The notes beneath the pieces were generated by a model, which made no database searches, was not told where the DNA came from, and saw nothing but the letters and a program-made list of their open reading frames with translations. The position numbers were made by a program, and so were the translations under genes. Below, one piece after another: positions 1 through 9,373 of a stretch of 25,928 bases of DNA (within the stretch, counting starts at the first letter, position 1; every line of letters begins with the position of its first letter). The stretch lies in the IMG/VR virus record IMGVR_UViG_2579778694_000005, one strand, 5' to 3'. The stretch comes from a virus. Its lineage: Duplodnaviria > Heunggongvirae > Uroviricota > Caudoviricetes.

Positions 1-615
1 GTGACCAAGCACAAAGTTTTCATCAGTTACCACCATGCTAATGACCAATGGTACAAAAACGAACTTGAAAAAATGAATGATGTTTTTGATATTTTTGTGA
101 ATCGCTCGGTATCACTTGGTGACATTGATGAAGAAGAAGAACCTCAAAAGATCAGAGAAATAATAAGGGATGAATATTTACGTGATACATCCGCTCTTAT
201 TTTACTCGTTGGGACTGAGACTAAAAATAGAAAGCATGTTGATTGGGAATTATATTCATCCATGAGGGATAGTCCCAGAAACGGCAAATCAGGTATTTTT
301 ATTATAAATCTTCCTTCAACAGGGACAAACAACATTAGAGCCAGTCATGGTGAAAATGAAAAAAATGAATTTCATCCTAATATAACCGAGTGGATAACAA
401 TCAACGACAGAACAACATATAAAGAAATATATCCATATATGCCTGAAAGAGTTATCGATAACTTGATGAGTGAAAAGTCATATATATCAATAGTCAACTG
501 GGATCAGATACACAATAACCCAGAAAACCTTAGAAAAATGATTGAGTTAACATATCAAGATAAAGATAAGTGCGAATACGTTTTTTCTACCCCAATGAGA
601 ATGCGTAATGGCTAG
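1..615 (+). CDS. TIR-domain protein, Thoeris ThsB-like (MTH538/DUF1863 type)
   Basis: N-terminal KVFISYHH strand, IRDEYL..TS..ILLVG.ET..RK.VDWEL with the conserved catalytic-position Glu, and GIFIINLP. GTG at position 1, so the RBS and any upstream partner are not visible. AT-rich. Confidence 0.85.
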   Translation: MTKHKVFISYHHANDQWYKNELEKMNDVFDIFVNRSVSLGDIDEEEEPQKIREIIRDEYLRDTSALILLVGTETKNRKHVDWELYSSMRDSPRNGKSGIFIINLPSTGTNNIRASHGENEKNEFHPNITEWITINDRTTYKEIYPYMPERVIDNLMSEKSYISIVNWDQIHNNPENLRKMIELTYQDKDKCEYVFSTPMRMRNG

Positions 616-622
616 CAGAAAC

Positions 623-653
623 AGTAAAGGGGAGTATGATACTCCCCTTTACT
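623..653. terminator. Hairpin between convergent passenger genes, probable bidirectional terminator
   Basis: Perfect 15-bp inverted repeat AGTAAAGGGGAGTAT-G-ATACTCCCCTTTACT between the stops at 615 and 656. Confidence 0.75.
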
Positions 654-655
654 TG

Positions 656-1363
656 TTACCAATCCCATTTGGTGGTGTTCACGTTAAATGTTTGTTGAAC
701 CCGTGATGTGAAAAAATCATTTACTACTTTAAAATCGTTACATATTTTACTGTAGTTATAGTATTGCTTTTGTATTTTATTTATAGGCGTCAGGTGAACT
801 TTTAATGGTGTATTAGTTATAACATCAATAACTTCATCCTTATCTGATATATATTTATACCATCTTTTATAATTATTTTGATTTTTAGTTAAAAATTTAT
901 TTAACACCATTAACATATCATTGCTAATATTATATAACTCATTGTCTTTTTTTGGATTCAATAGTTTCATTTCATCTCTAATAAATTGATATGTCTGATA
1001 ATATGATGAGATAACTTCATCGAATGCGTCCACATTTTTCTTCAACTTAAAGATAGCTCTTTTTGAATCCAGATGATTTTTTATACTTTTGCGATATAAC
1101 GTACCACTTTCATTGAACAGAACATTAACGCCGCCTAAACTTAATTTCTCTACTTTAAATGAGTATTTTTTTAAAAGATATAACGCTACAATTAGCCATA
1201 TAAAAATAGATATTAGTAGTATATATATAATACCAGTTACTAAAGGTTTGTTTTTATTAAATACGGTGTAAATTGAAGGTGCATATAATGAAAGATCCAC
1301 TGTACACATTACAGCAATTACCGCAATGAAAGCTATCGTCCAAATTATAACAAATGTTCTCAC
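656..1363 (-). CDS. Membrane protein with two N-terminal TM helices and a ~165-aa helical soluble domain; function unknown
   Basis: 235 aa, GTG start with AGGTGG RBS, 27 nt after the tnpR stop. Hydrophobic stretches FVIIWTIAFIAVIAVMC and LVTGIIYILLISIFIWLIVALYLL followed by basic KK. Very AT-rich. Confidence 0.8.
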   Translation of the reverse strand: MRTFVIIWTIAFIAVIAVMCTVDLSLYAPSIYTVFNKNKPLVTGIIYILLISIFIWLIVALYLLKKYSFKVEKLSLGGVNVLFNESGTLYRKSIKNHLDSKRAIFKLKKNVDAFDEVISSYYQTYQFIRDEMKLLNPKKDNELYNISNDMLMVLNKFLTKNQNNYKRWYKYISDKDEVIDVITNTPLKVHLTPINKIQKQYYNYSKICNDFKVVNDFFTSRVQQTFNVNTTKWDW

Positions 1364-1390
1364 AATTCCACCTTGTCAGTTGTAAGATAA

Positions 1391-2076
<686 letters not shown>

Positions 2077-2120
2077 GTTGCGAAATTGTTAATATATAAC
2101 CGTCAGGCAGGAAGGCCTAT

Positions 2121-5100
2121 ATGCCCGTCGATTTTCTGACCACTGAGCAGGAACTGAATTATGGTCGCTATGTTGCAGAACCCAATGACGTGCAGCTGGC
2201 GCGCTATTTTCATCTTGATGAGCGAGATCTTGCCTTCATTAACCAGCGACGGGGAAGGCATAACCGGCTGGGAATTGCGCTTCAGCTCACCACCGCCCGT
2301 TTTCTGGGCACCTTTCTGACAGATTTAACCCGGGTTCTGCCGGGTGTTCAGCAATTTGTCGCGGTGCAGCTTAATATCCGCCGTCCGGAAGTCCTTTCCC
2401 GCTACGCAGAACGGGATACCACCCTCAGAGAGCATACTGCGCTGATTAAGGAATATTACGGTTACCATGAATTTGGCGATTTCCCCTGGTCTTTCCGCCT
2501 GAAGCGCCTGCTATACACCCGTGCATGGCTCAGTAATGAGCGACCCGGCCTGATGTTTGATTTTGCCACCGCCTGGTTGCTTCAGAATAAGGTCCTGCTG
2601 CCCGGAGCAACCACACTTGTACGTCTCGTCAGTGAAATACGTGAACGGGCAAATCAGCAACTTTGGAAGAAACTGGCCGCGTTGCCGGACAGCTGGCAGA
2701 CCGCCCGCGTGACTGAGCTGCTGGACATTCCTGAGGGGCAGCGAATTTCACCGCTGGAGCAACTGAAAAAGGGACCTGTCACCGTCAGCGGTCCGGCATT
2801 TACCGAAGCGCTGGAGCGGTATATCCGGCTGCGAAACCTGGAGTTTTCCCGACTGAGTTTTACCGGTCTGCCCGCTATACAACTACGTAATCTGGCCCGT
2901 TACGCAGGCATGGCGTCGGTAAAATATATCGCGCGAATGCCACAGCAGAGAAAGCTGGCCGTACTCACCGCATTCGTTAAAGCACAGGAGACTGCGGCGC
3001 TGGATGAAGCCGTTGATGTGCTCGATATGCTTATACTGGATATCACTCGTGCGGCGAAGAAAACGGGGCAGAAAAAACGGCTCAGGACGCTGAAAGATCT
3101 TGACCGTGCTGCGCTACTGCTGGCGCAGGCATGTTCATTGTTGCTAGCTGAGCAGGCTGACGATGCTGAACTGAGGGAGACCATATTCAGCAGCATACCG
3201 AAAAGTAGGCTGGCAGAATCCGTCAGCAAGGTAAATGAGCTGGCCCGGCCTCAGAACAACAATTTCCATGACGAAATGGTGGAACAGTACGGGCGGGTAA
3301 AGCGTTTTCTTCCGGCGGTATTGCGCGACCTGCATTTCCAGGCAGCGCCAGCCGGAGAACATACGCTGTCCGCCATTCATTATCTGACCGAACTGAACGG
3401 CTCGAAAAAGCGCATCCTGGACGATGCGCCTGAACATATTATTACCGGCCCCTGGAAACGCCTGGTATACGATGCGGAGGGCCGGATACAGCGTGCCGGT
3501 TACTCGCTTTGTCTGCTGGAGCGCCTTCAGGATTCTTTGCGCCGTCGTGATCTCTGGCTGGAGAACAGTGATCGGTGGGGGGACCCGCGTCAAAAATTGC
3601 TTCAGGGAGCTGAATGGCAGGCACAACGCATCCCGGTATGTCGGGCGCTGGGTCATCCATCAGACGGAACTAAAGCAGCAGAACAACTGGCTACGCGGCT
3701 TGATGACACATGGAAATCAGTGGCTTCACGTTTTGCCTGCAACGCAGCGGTCAGCATAAGCAATGAAGGTAAGCATCCCTCACTGACGATTAGCAGTCTG
3801 GATAAACTGGATGAGCCACCGGCACTGATACAATTGAATCGTCGGGTAAGAGAATTGATCCCTCCGGTTGATCTGACGGAGCTGTTGCTTGAAATAGATG
3901 CCCGAACCGGTTTTACCCGCGAATTCAGCCACGTCAGTGAATCAGGTGCTCGGGCGCAGGATCTCCAGGTCAGTCTGTGCGCAACACTGCTGGCAGAAGC
4001 CTGCAATATAGGGCATGAACCCCTGATAAAGCATAATATTCCCGCGCTTACTCGCCATCGTCTGAGCTGGGTTAAACAAAATTATCTCAGGGCAGAAACG
4101 CTGGTCACCGCTAATGCACGGCTGGTTGATTTTCAGTCCACGCTGCCGCTCGCGGGGTACTGGGGAGGTGGTGAGGTTGCCTCCGCAGATGGTATGCGTT
4201 TTGTCACACCGGTTAAAACGGTTAATTCCGGACCAAATCGTAAATACTTTGGTTCAGGACGCGGTATCACCTGGTACAACTTCGTCTCCGATCAATACTC
4301 CGGTTTCCATGGCATTGTAGTTCCCGGGACGCTTCGTGATTCCATCTTTGTACTGGAAGGGCTTCTGGAGCAGCAGACCGGGCTGAATCCGGTAGAAATT
4401 ATGACGGACACGGCAGGATCCAGCGATATCATTTTTGGCCTGTTCTGGTTACTGGGCTACCAGTTTTCCCCTCGTCTGGCCGATGCAGGCGGGGCGATAT
4501 TCTGGCGGGCAGATAAAACGGCACATTATGGTGCCCTGAATGAGCTGGCCCGGGGATGTGTTGAACTGTCAAAAATAGAATCCCAATGGGATGAAATGAT
4601 GCGAATGGCGGGCTCACTGAAGCTTGGGACCATCCATGCATCAGAGCTTATTCGTTCACTGTTGAGAAGTAGCCGACCATCTGGTCTGGCTCAGGCGATT
4701 ATGGAAGTGGGCCGGGTCAACAAGACGTTGTATCTTCTCAACTATATCGATGATGAGGATTACCGGCGTCGGATCCTCACTCAGCTCAACCGGGGAGAAG
4801 GACGCCATGCAGTGGCTCGAGCCATTTGCTACGGACAACGTGGTGAGATTAGAAAACGCTACCGTGAAGGGCAGGAAGATCAACTCGGTGCTCTGGGTCT
4901 GGTGACCAATGCGGTTGTGCTGTGGAATACACTTTACATGCAGGAGGCGTTGTCACATCTTCGCAAATCGGGGGAAACACCTGAAGAGGAGCATCTGGCA
5001 AGATTATCGCCGCTGATACATGGCCATATAAATATGCTGGGACATTATACGTTTTCGTTACCGGAAGATATTCTGAAGGGCGAGTTAAGACCATTAAATT

Positions 5101-5129
5101 TGAATACAAACAATGAATTAACCTCTTAG
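2121..5129 (+). CDS. tnpA: Tn3-family DDE transposase
   Basis: 1002 aa, starts MPVDFLTTEQ...QLARYFHLD...HNRLGIALQ. Contains SADGMRF, IMTDTAG and ILTQLNRGEGRHAVARAI motifs. The stop codon lies inside the terminal IR. Confidence 0.98.
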   Translation: MPVDFLTTEQELNYGRYVAEPNDVQLARYFHLDERDLAFINQRRGRHNRLGIALQLTTARFLGTFLTDLTRVLPGVQQFVAVQLNIRRPEVLSRYAERDTTLREHTALIKEYYGYHEFGDFPWSFRLKRLLYTRAWLSNERPGLMFDFATAWLLQNKVLLPGATTLVRLVSEIRERANQQLWKKLAALPDSWQTARVTELLDIPEGQRISPLEQLKKGPVTVSGPAFTEALERYIRLRNLEFSRLSFTGLPAIQLRNLARYAGMASVKYIARMPQQRKLAVLTAFVKAQETAALDEAVDVLDMLILDITRAAKKTGQKKRLRTLKDLDRAALLLAQACSLLLAEQADDAELRETIFSSIPKSRLAESVSKVNELARPQNNNFHDEMVEQYGRVKRFLPAVLRDLHFQAAPAGEHTLSAIHYLTELNGSKKRILDDAPEHIITGPWKRLVYDAEGRIQRAGYSLCLLERLQDSLRRRDLWLENSDRWGDPRQKLLQGAEWQAQRIPVCRALGHPSDGTKAAEQLATRLDDTWKSVASRFACNAAVSISNEGKHPSLTISSLDKLDEPPALIQLNRRVRELIPPVDLTELLLEIDARTGFTREFSHVSESGARAQDLQVSLCATLLAEACNIGHEPLIKHNIPALTRHRLSWVKQNYLRAETLVTANARLVDFQSTLPLAGYWGGGEVASADGMRFVTPVKTVNSGPNRKYFGSGRGITWYNFVSDQYSGFHGIVVPGTLRDSIFVLEGLLEQQTGLNPVEIMTDTAGSSDIIFGLFWLLGYQFSPRLADAGGAIFWRADKTAHYGALNELARGCVELSKIESQWDEMMRMAGSLKLGTIHASELIRSLLRSSRPSGLAQAIMEVGRVNKTLYLLNYIDDEDYRRRILTQLNRGEGRHAVARAICYGQRGEIRKRYREGQEDQLGALGLVTNAVVLWNTLYMQEALSHLRKSGETPEEEHLARLSPLIHGHINMLGHYTFSLPEDILKGELRPLNLNTNNELTS

Positions 5130-5162
5130 CGTGGTTTTTTACATCATTGGACCTCGAACCCC
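5125..5162 (-). repeat. 38-bp terminal inverted repeat of the Tn3-family element
   Basis: Minus strand reads GGGGTTCGAGGTCCAATGATGTAAAAAACCACGCTAAG: GGGG start, TAAG end, exactly 38 bp. Adjacent AGATC (5163-5167) is the predicted 5-bp target duplication. Confidence 0.95.
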
Positions 5163-5626
5163 AGATCAAAGTATTTGGCCAGCTCCGGGGAGATATGGCG
5201 CTCCACCAGATAATCAGGAAGACGACCGTCAATGGGGAGTTCGTAATGGCGCGGGAGAGCTACTGGCCCTTCGAGTTCAACCTTGCTGGCCAGCACGACC
5301 TCTTCCGTCTTCGGCGCCCATCCTTGTGAGATCAGCGCGTTCTGGACGTACTCTTCAAAATCGCGACGGGATTTGCCGCTGTAGTGCTTGAGGAAGACCA
5401 GCTTGTTGAACTGAATCTCTTCGGGATGATCACCAGCAAAGCATTTGCCGACGCCATTGGTCAGGTTGAAATAAACCTTCCAGTTTGAGCTGCCGCATAC
5501 CGGACACTCCTTGATATTCACCTCACGTCCACGAGTACTGACGCCACCACGACGGTAGATGATTCCTTCCATATCGAGCCATTGTTCAAAATCCAGCTCG
5601 GTCAGTAATTCTTTCAAGTCGCTCAC
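5163..5626 (-). pseudogene. DNA primase, N-terminal zinc-binding part, truncated by the transposon
   Basis: Probable GTG start at 5626 (VSDLKELL...). CPVC...KCFAGDH zinc-finger pattern, directly downstream of the helicase. After ...AKYFDL the frame enters the IR (GFEVQ*) at about codon 155; no TOPRIM domain follows. Confidence 0.85.
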
Positions 5627-5751
5627 GTTCTTAACCCTACTTTTTGCAGGTAATATCTTGATAAGCCTCGGTATTTGAATACCATAAAGGCTCATGTGTT
5701 TTTTCTTTTGTGGCTTTGGCAAAAGAGAAAATTTGTTCTCTTATGGAGACC

Positions 5752-5786
5752 GGCGTGGAGAGCGTTTCTCCACGCCTTCTTTTTTT
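5752..5786 (+). terminator. Intrinsic terminator-like hairpin oriented against the helicase-primase transcript
   Basis: GGCGTGGAGA-GCGTT-TCTCCACGCC (10-bp stem) followed by TTCTTTTTTT on the + strand only. Confidence 0.6.
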
Positions 5787-7125
5787 AGAGGACGTCCATA
5801 ATGCGTTCGATGAATCGCATTTGTTCGAGGTTCTGCTTAACGCGGATGCTTACGCCGCCTTTCTGGTTACGTGAACCAGCGAAGTACAGACGCGCTTCGC
5901 CTTTCGCTTCTTCCTCTTCCGTTTTGTTGATCGTGATAACGAGGTCAGCGATACGCACCTTCTCGATGTTGTCCGCTGCGTGCATCATTGTAGCCACCTC
6001 TGAAGCACCACCTTCCCTGTTAGTCTGCGATGCAGTGATGCCGGCAACGTTGTGTTTGTCGTACAGCGCACGCAGGTCAGTGTAGATGCTGCGAATGTTG
6101 GCGCGGTCGTCGCGGAGGTCGTAGCTGGCACGCATCAGGTCAGCGTAGTCGACCACGACCATGTCGGGGATCATGCCATTGGCTTTCATGCTGCCCAACA
6201 TACGATCCAGATCTGCAGGCGACATGCTTCCGGACGGTCGTTCAACAATCCACAAGCTCCCCACGCCTTTCGTCGCGCCCAGCTCTGCCAGTTTGCGATG
6301 GACGTCGTCGCGGCGCTCCACCAGCTTGGACATTTCGGTCTCAGACAGACGGGCGTCAAAGCGATCTGACAGAATGGAGGTGTGAACTTCCAGCGACAGA
6401 TACAGGACGTTGTAACCGGCAAGCGTGGCGTTGATGGAGAACTCACCCATCGCCGTCGATTTACCAGACTTCGCGAAGCCCATGAACAGCACCATTTCAC
6501 GCTTTGCCCAGCCTTTCTGGTAAAGCAGCTTGTCGAGCAGCGGTAGACCCGTTGTGATGCTGTTTGGCACGTAATCGTCGGACGCTTCATACTCACGCGC
6601 CTTGTAACGCTCTGCTGATTCAGAGAAGTAATCGTAAATGCCGGTCGCTTCGTTAGAGCCGATTTGCTGGACTTTAGCCATGATTGCCATCGCGCCCTGG
6701 AAATCGCCCTTCTCTTTCATCTCAGCCGCTTTAATCAGCGCGTCGTCGAATGCTACGCTTTTGGCGAACGTGGCGACCTGGTCGACCATGTACGCCGTGT
6801 CTGACAGCTTCTCAGCGAGAATCCGCTTAAACGCCTCAACGACGTCGGGGAACAGCTCTTCGCGGATCGTCTTATCGCGTTTGGCGCGTTTGAGCATGTC
6901 GAGTATGGCCGACGATGATGGTGCGCTCTTATACATTCTGTAGTAGCCCGACACCATGTTCACCAGAATGGCGTTGGCCGCATTGGAGAACTGGTTTGGC
7001 GCAACCAGATCACCGGCGCGAGTCAGAAACTCATGGTCGCGACAGAAGTAGGCTGCGAGTCGATTCTGGAAGTCGTCATCGAACTCTTCAGACAACCCTC
7101 GTCCTGTGTGGCAAAGTTCGGTCAT
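5785..7125 (-). CDS. dnaB: Replicative DnaB-like (SF4) helicase
   Basis: 446 aa. Walker A GFAKSGKS, YLSLE, Walker B VVVDYADL, TASQTNR, and ADLVITI...RNQ C-terminal motifs. Confidence 0.92.
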   Translation of the reverse strand: MTELCHTGRGLSEEFDDDFQNRLAAYFCRDHEFLTRAGDLVAPNQFSNAANAILVNMVSGYYRMYKSAPSSSAILDMLKRAKRDKTIREELFPDVVEAFKRILAEKLSDTAYMVDQVATFAKSVAFDDALIKAAEMKEKGDFQGAMAIMAKVQQIGSNEATGIYDYFSESAERYKAREYEASDDYVPNSITTGLPLLDKLLYQKGWAKREMVLFMGFAKSGKSTAMGEFSINATLAGYNVLYLSLEVHTSILSDRFDARLSETEMSKLVERRDDVHRKLAELGATKGVGSLWIVERPSGSMSPADLDRMLGSMKANGMIPDMVVVDYADLMRASYDLRDDRANIRSIYTDLRALYDKHNVAGITASQTNREGGASEVATMMHAADNIEKVRIADLVITINKTEEEEAKGEARLYFAGSRNQKGGVSIRVKQNLEQMRFIERIMDVL

Positions 7126-7185
7126 GTGCTTTCCTTTGGTGCTTAAACAATTTGTTTTCTAATACTAAAAAAGCCAAATAGGGGA

Positions 7186-7911
7186 TCAACAGAATCGCCG
7201 TGCTTCTTCCAGTTCTTCCGGGAAGTGCGCGTAAATCACACGCTCAGGCACGATTTCCATCAACCAGACAGCGGAGAAGATGATGCGGACACGTTTGTCT
7301 CGGGTAATGCCACGCAGACGCTCCAGAACCCACTCAAAATAGCGTTCTTGAATCGGGTCGTGCTGCATGTCTCCCAGATGCTTAAAACTCACCAGAGAGT
7401 CATCCAGACGGGTTACAGCGCGTTTGGCTAACTTCTCTTCGAATATCTCAATCAGCTCGGGCTGCCAGAGATGCTGGGGGCGAGGTAATTTGTCCCACAG
7501 ACGGCGTGCAGCTGCGGAAAGAACGGTAGAAATGAAGTAGTCATAAGAGCAGCAGTACTGGTCGGCAAACTGGCGTGCTTTCCAGAGAGATGTTTTGTTG
7601 GCCGTCGACAGCTCCTGATACGGCACACGTTTCAAACCGGTAGTGAATTGGGCCGTCTCATAGTGTTCGCGGCCATGCGACAGCATGATGTATGAGTACT
7701 GGCGCTTGTATGCCTCAGTGAAGAGGCATGTGGCCATAAGCGGGTGCATGTCGCGGTAATCAAACCACTTTGTCTCGAACAACTCCGCCTCATCCTTGCA
7801 GCGTGACAGCCCAATATTCTCGGCCACCCACTTGTCCATGACTGTGGTGTCCCACTCGGTCATGAAGTCGTACTGATCGTTGTTAATAGTGTTAAAGAAG
7901 ATCTGGCTCAT
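7186..7911 (-). CDS. Hypothetical protein, first gene of the helicase-primase operon
   Basis: 241-aa ORF with backbone-like composition; ATG at 7911 preceded by AGGCGG. No recognisable motif. Confidence 0.75.
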   Translation of the reverse strand: MSQIFFNTINNDQYDFMTEWDTTVMDKWVAENIGLSRCKDEAELFETKWFDYRDMHPLMATCLFTEAYKRQYSYIMLSHGREHYETAQFTTGLKRVPYQELSTANKTSLWKARQFADQYCCSYDYFISTVLSAAARRLWDKLPRPQHLWQPELIEIFEEKLAKRAVTRLDDSLVSFKHLGDMQHDPIQERYFEWVLERLRGITRDKRVRIIFSAVWLMEIVPERVIYAHFPEELEEARRFC

Positions 7912-7923
7912 GTGCACCGCCTG

Positions 7924-7943
7924 ATAGGTAGATACTTACTTAT
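7924..7943. promoter_or_regulatory. 20-bp palindromic box, copy 1
   Basis: ATAGGTAGATACTTACTTAT, 17/20 to consensus ATAAGTAAGTACTTACTTAT. Lies between a candidate promoter and the ATG at 7911. Confidence 0.7.
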
Positions 7944-7955
7944 CATAATGAGCGA

Positions 7956-7984
7956 ATCATAGCGACTGGAGACAGCTTTTGGAA
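7956..7984 (-). promoter_or_regulatory. Candidate sigma70 promoter of the replication operon
   Basis: Minus strand TTCCAA (7984-7979), 17-bp spacer, TATGAT (7961-7956). Confidence 0.5.
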
Positions 7985-8051
7985 GTGGAAACGGAAGGGA
8001 ATGTGTCTGAGAAGTTGGCATAGAAAAAGACCTGCTTCCGTATAAATAATA

Positions 8052-8071
8052 ATAAGTAACTTAGTATTTAT
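8052..8071. promoter_or_regulatory. 20-bp palindromic box, degenerate copy 2
   Basis: ATAAGTAACTTAGTATTTAT, 15/20 to consensus with intact outer arms. The region is AT-rich, so this match is weaker. Confidence 0.45.
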
Positions 8072-8174
8072 ATACAGAAGCAGGTTCTGAACTCGAAGTC
8101 TCCACCAGATTCTGAGTGCTGTAATGAAACACAAAAAAGTGCATAATCCTTTCTAAACCTCAACAAAAGGCGAC

Positions 8175-8972
8175 ATGATGATATTGTACAAATACGTCCC
8201 AGAAGAAACTTTAAAACTGTTTTTTGATCATGACGCAACCAGCTTCAAATTTACTCCAGTTGGTCAGTTCAATGATCCTTTCGAAACCTACGGTGTATCG
8301 TTTGCCTCTGAAGATGAAGACTCGCTAGCGCATTTGACGTTTCGCTCAAAGATCAATTCAGACCTAGCCAGTCTATGCTTATCAAGATCACCTTTAGAAG
8401 TGCTAATGTGGTCTCACTATGCTCAACACCACAGAGGTTATGTTGTTGGCATTGATACCGAATTAGCAGGGTTTCACGATGAGAATCTTTGTTTAATCAC
8501 TGCGAATGAAGGGGGTATTGATTATCTCGATGAACGAGACAAATCCAGAGTCATCATCTCCGATAAAAACTTTAAAAACAAGGATATAGTTAAAAAGGTC
8601 TTATTTAGAAAAAGCCAACATTGGAAATATGAGAAAGAAGTTCGAATTGTTATTGAAAGTGACAAATTGATACCTATCGGTGATGATGAAGAAGATAGGT
8701 TTTATATATACAAGGCGCCAGGCACAAATATTATTAAAGAGATATTCATAGGAATCAACAATGAGGATTTTGAACTTACAGCACTCGAAAATGATAATTT
8801 AAGAAATGGCATTTTGGATAACAATATTAAAATCCAAAAATGTTGTTTCAAGAGGGGAACTTGGGACTTAGATAAAACGGATTATGATATGAGTCTGCTT
8901 ACTGATTGGCCTAGCGCTGATTTCGGTATTCTTGCCGGTGTGATATCAGCATTCGAAAAAAACGAAATTTGA
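8175..8972 (+). CDS. DUF2971-family protein, accessory insert
   Basis: LYKY N-terminus, FNDPFE, CLS....LMWSHYA..H.GYVVG and K...W.YE.EVR motifs typical of DUF2971. AT-rich and on the opposite strand to the backbone. Confidence 0.8.
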   Translation: MMILYKYVPEETLKLFFDHDATSFKFTPVGQFNDPFETYGVSFASEDEDSLAHLTFRSKINSDLASLCLSRSPLEVLMWSHYAQHHRGYVVGIDTELAGFHDENLCLITANEGGIDYLDERDKSRVIISDKNFKNKDIVKKVLFRKSQHWKYEKEVRIVIESDKLIPIGDDEEDRFYIYKAPGTNIIKEIFIGINNEDFELTALENDNLRNGILDNNIKIQKCCFKRGTWDLDKTDYDMSLLTDWPSADFGILAGVISAFEKNEI

Positions 8973-9009
8973 GATGAAGCGAACACAAGCGGTTTGTGTT
9001 CGCTTCATC
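8973..9009. terminator. Long hairpin between convergent DUF2971 and partition genes
   Basis: Perfect 16-bp stem GATGAAGCGAACACAA-GCGGT-TTGTGTTCGCTTCATC. Confidence 0.75.
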
Positions 9010-9013
9010 ATAA

Positions 9014-9373
9014 CTAGCCTTTCTTCATCAGCTCACGCTTGATTTCATCGGTGCGCATCGTGACGTCGGCAGCGGTGATCGCCTCGTTCAGTTTCACGAT
9101 GTCTTCGATTTCCTGCGGCGACTTCTCTGCCAGATGGAAAATGGCTGCACGAATCACGTCAGAACGGGTGAATTTCTCGAAACGAGGGATGAACTTCATC
9201 ATCTCCAGCAGATCGAAGTACTCGTCTTCCAGCGACATTGTGCGGCTCTTAATCTTCTCTTTCCCACGAGTCGGACGCCCCTGCGGTCTGACTGGCTGGC
9301 GCATTGGGGTGCTGCTTTTTACCGGTTCTTCCGGATCTTTGCGCTTTGCAAGGTCTCCCATTCTCATGGACAT
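9014..9373 (-). CDS. Small ribbon-helix-helix partition protein (type Ib, ParG-like centromere-binding)
   Basis: 119 aa, start overlaps the parA stop (TAATG). Low-complexity basic N-terminal tail (PQGRPTRG) then SRTMSLEDEYFDLLE...TRSDVIRAAI, a strand-helix-helix pattern. Confidence 0.7.
   Translation of the reverse strand: MSMRMGDLAKRKDPEEPVKSSTPMRQPVRPQGRPTRGKEKIKSRTMSLEDEYFDLLEMMKFIPRFEKFTRSDVIRAAIFHLAEKSPQEIEDIVKLNEAITAADVTMRTDEIKRELMKKG

Noticed and set aside
623-653. Retron msr/msd-like stem next to a 2-TM gene
   Set aside because: No reverse transcriptase in the window, and the gap is only 40 bp; a shared terminator explains the stem.
656-1363. Calling the 2-TM protein a type II Thoeris ThsA (TM-Macro)
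   Set aside because: The soluble part is short and looks all-helical, with no Macro-domain GD.F/NEYFD-type motif; an HHpred search would be decisive.
2900-5391. Short ORFs overlapping tnpA and the junction
   Set aside because: Shadow ORFs with no independent support.
5627-5722. N-terminal extension of the primase ORF (MPKPQKKKH...)
   Set aside because: It reads through AT-rich intergenic DNA from a non-ATG start; GTG 5626 with an upstream purine run fits better.
6318-6325. Chi octamers (GCTGGTGG), here and at a few other coding positions
   Set aside because: Few copies, on both strands, inside genes; no enrichment can be claimed without a count against a codon-matched model.
5785-7125. Intein or intron in the helicase
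   Set aside because: 446 aa with contiguous SF4 motifs leaves no room for an insertion.
8041-8075. T4 late-promoter-like TATAAATA on both strands
   Set aside because: Expected by chance in a very AT-rich gap; it is not upstream of late genes and no gp55-like factor is visible.
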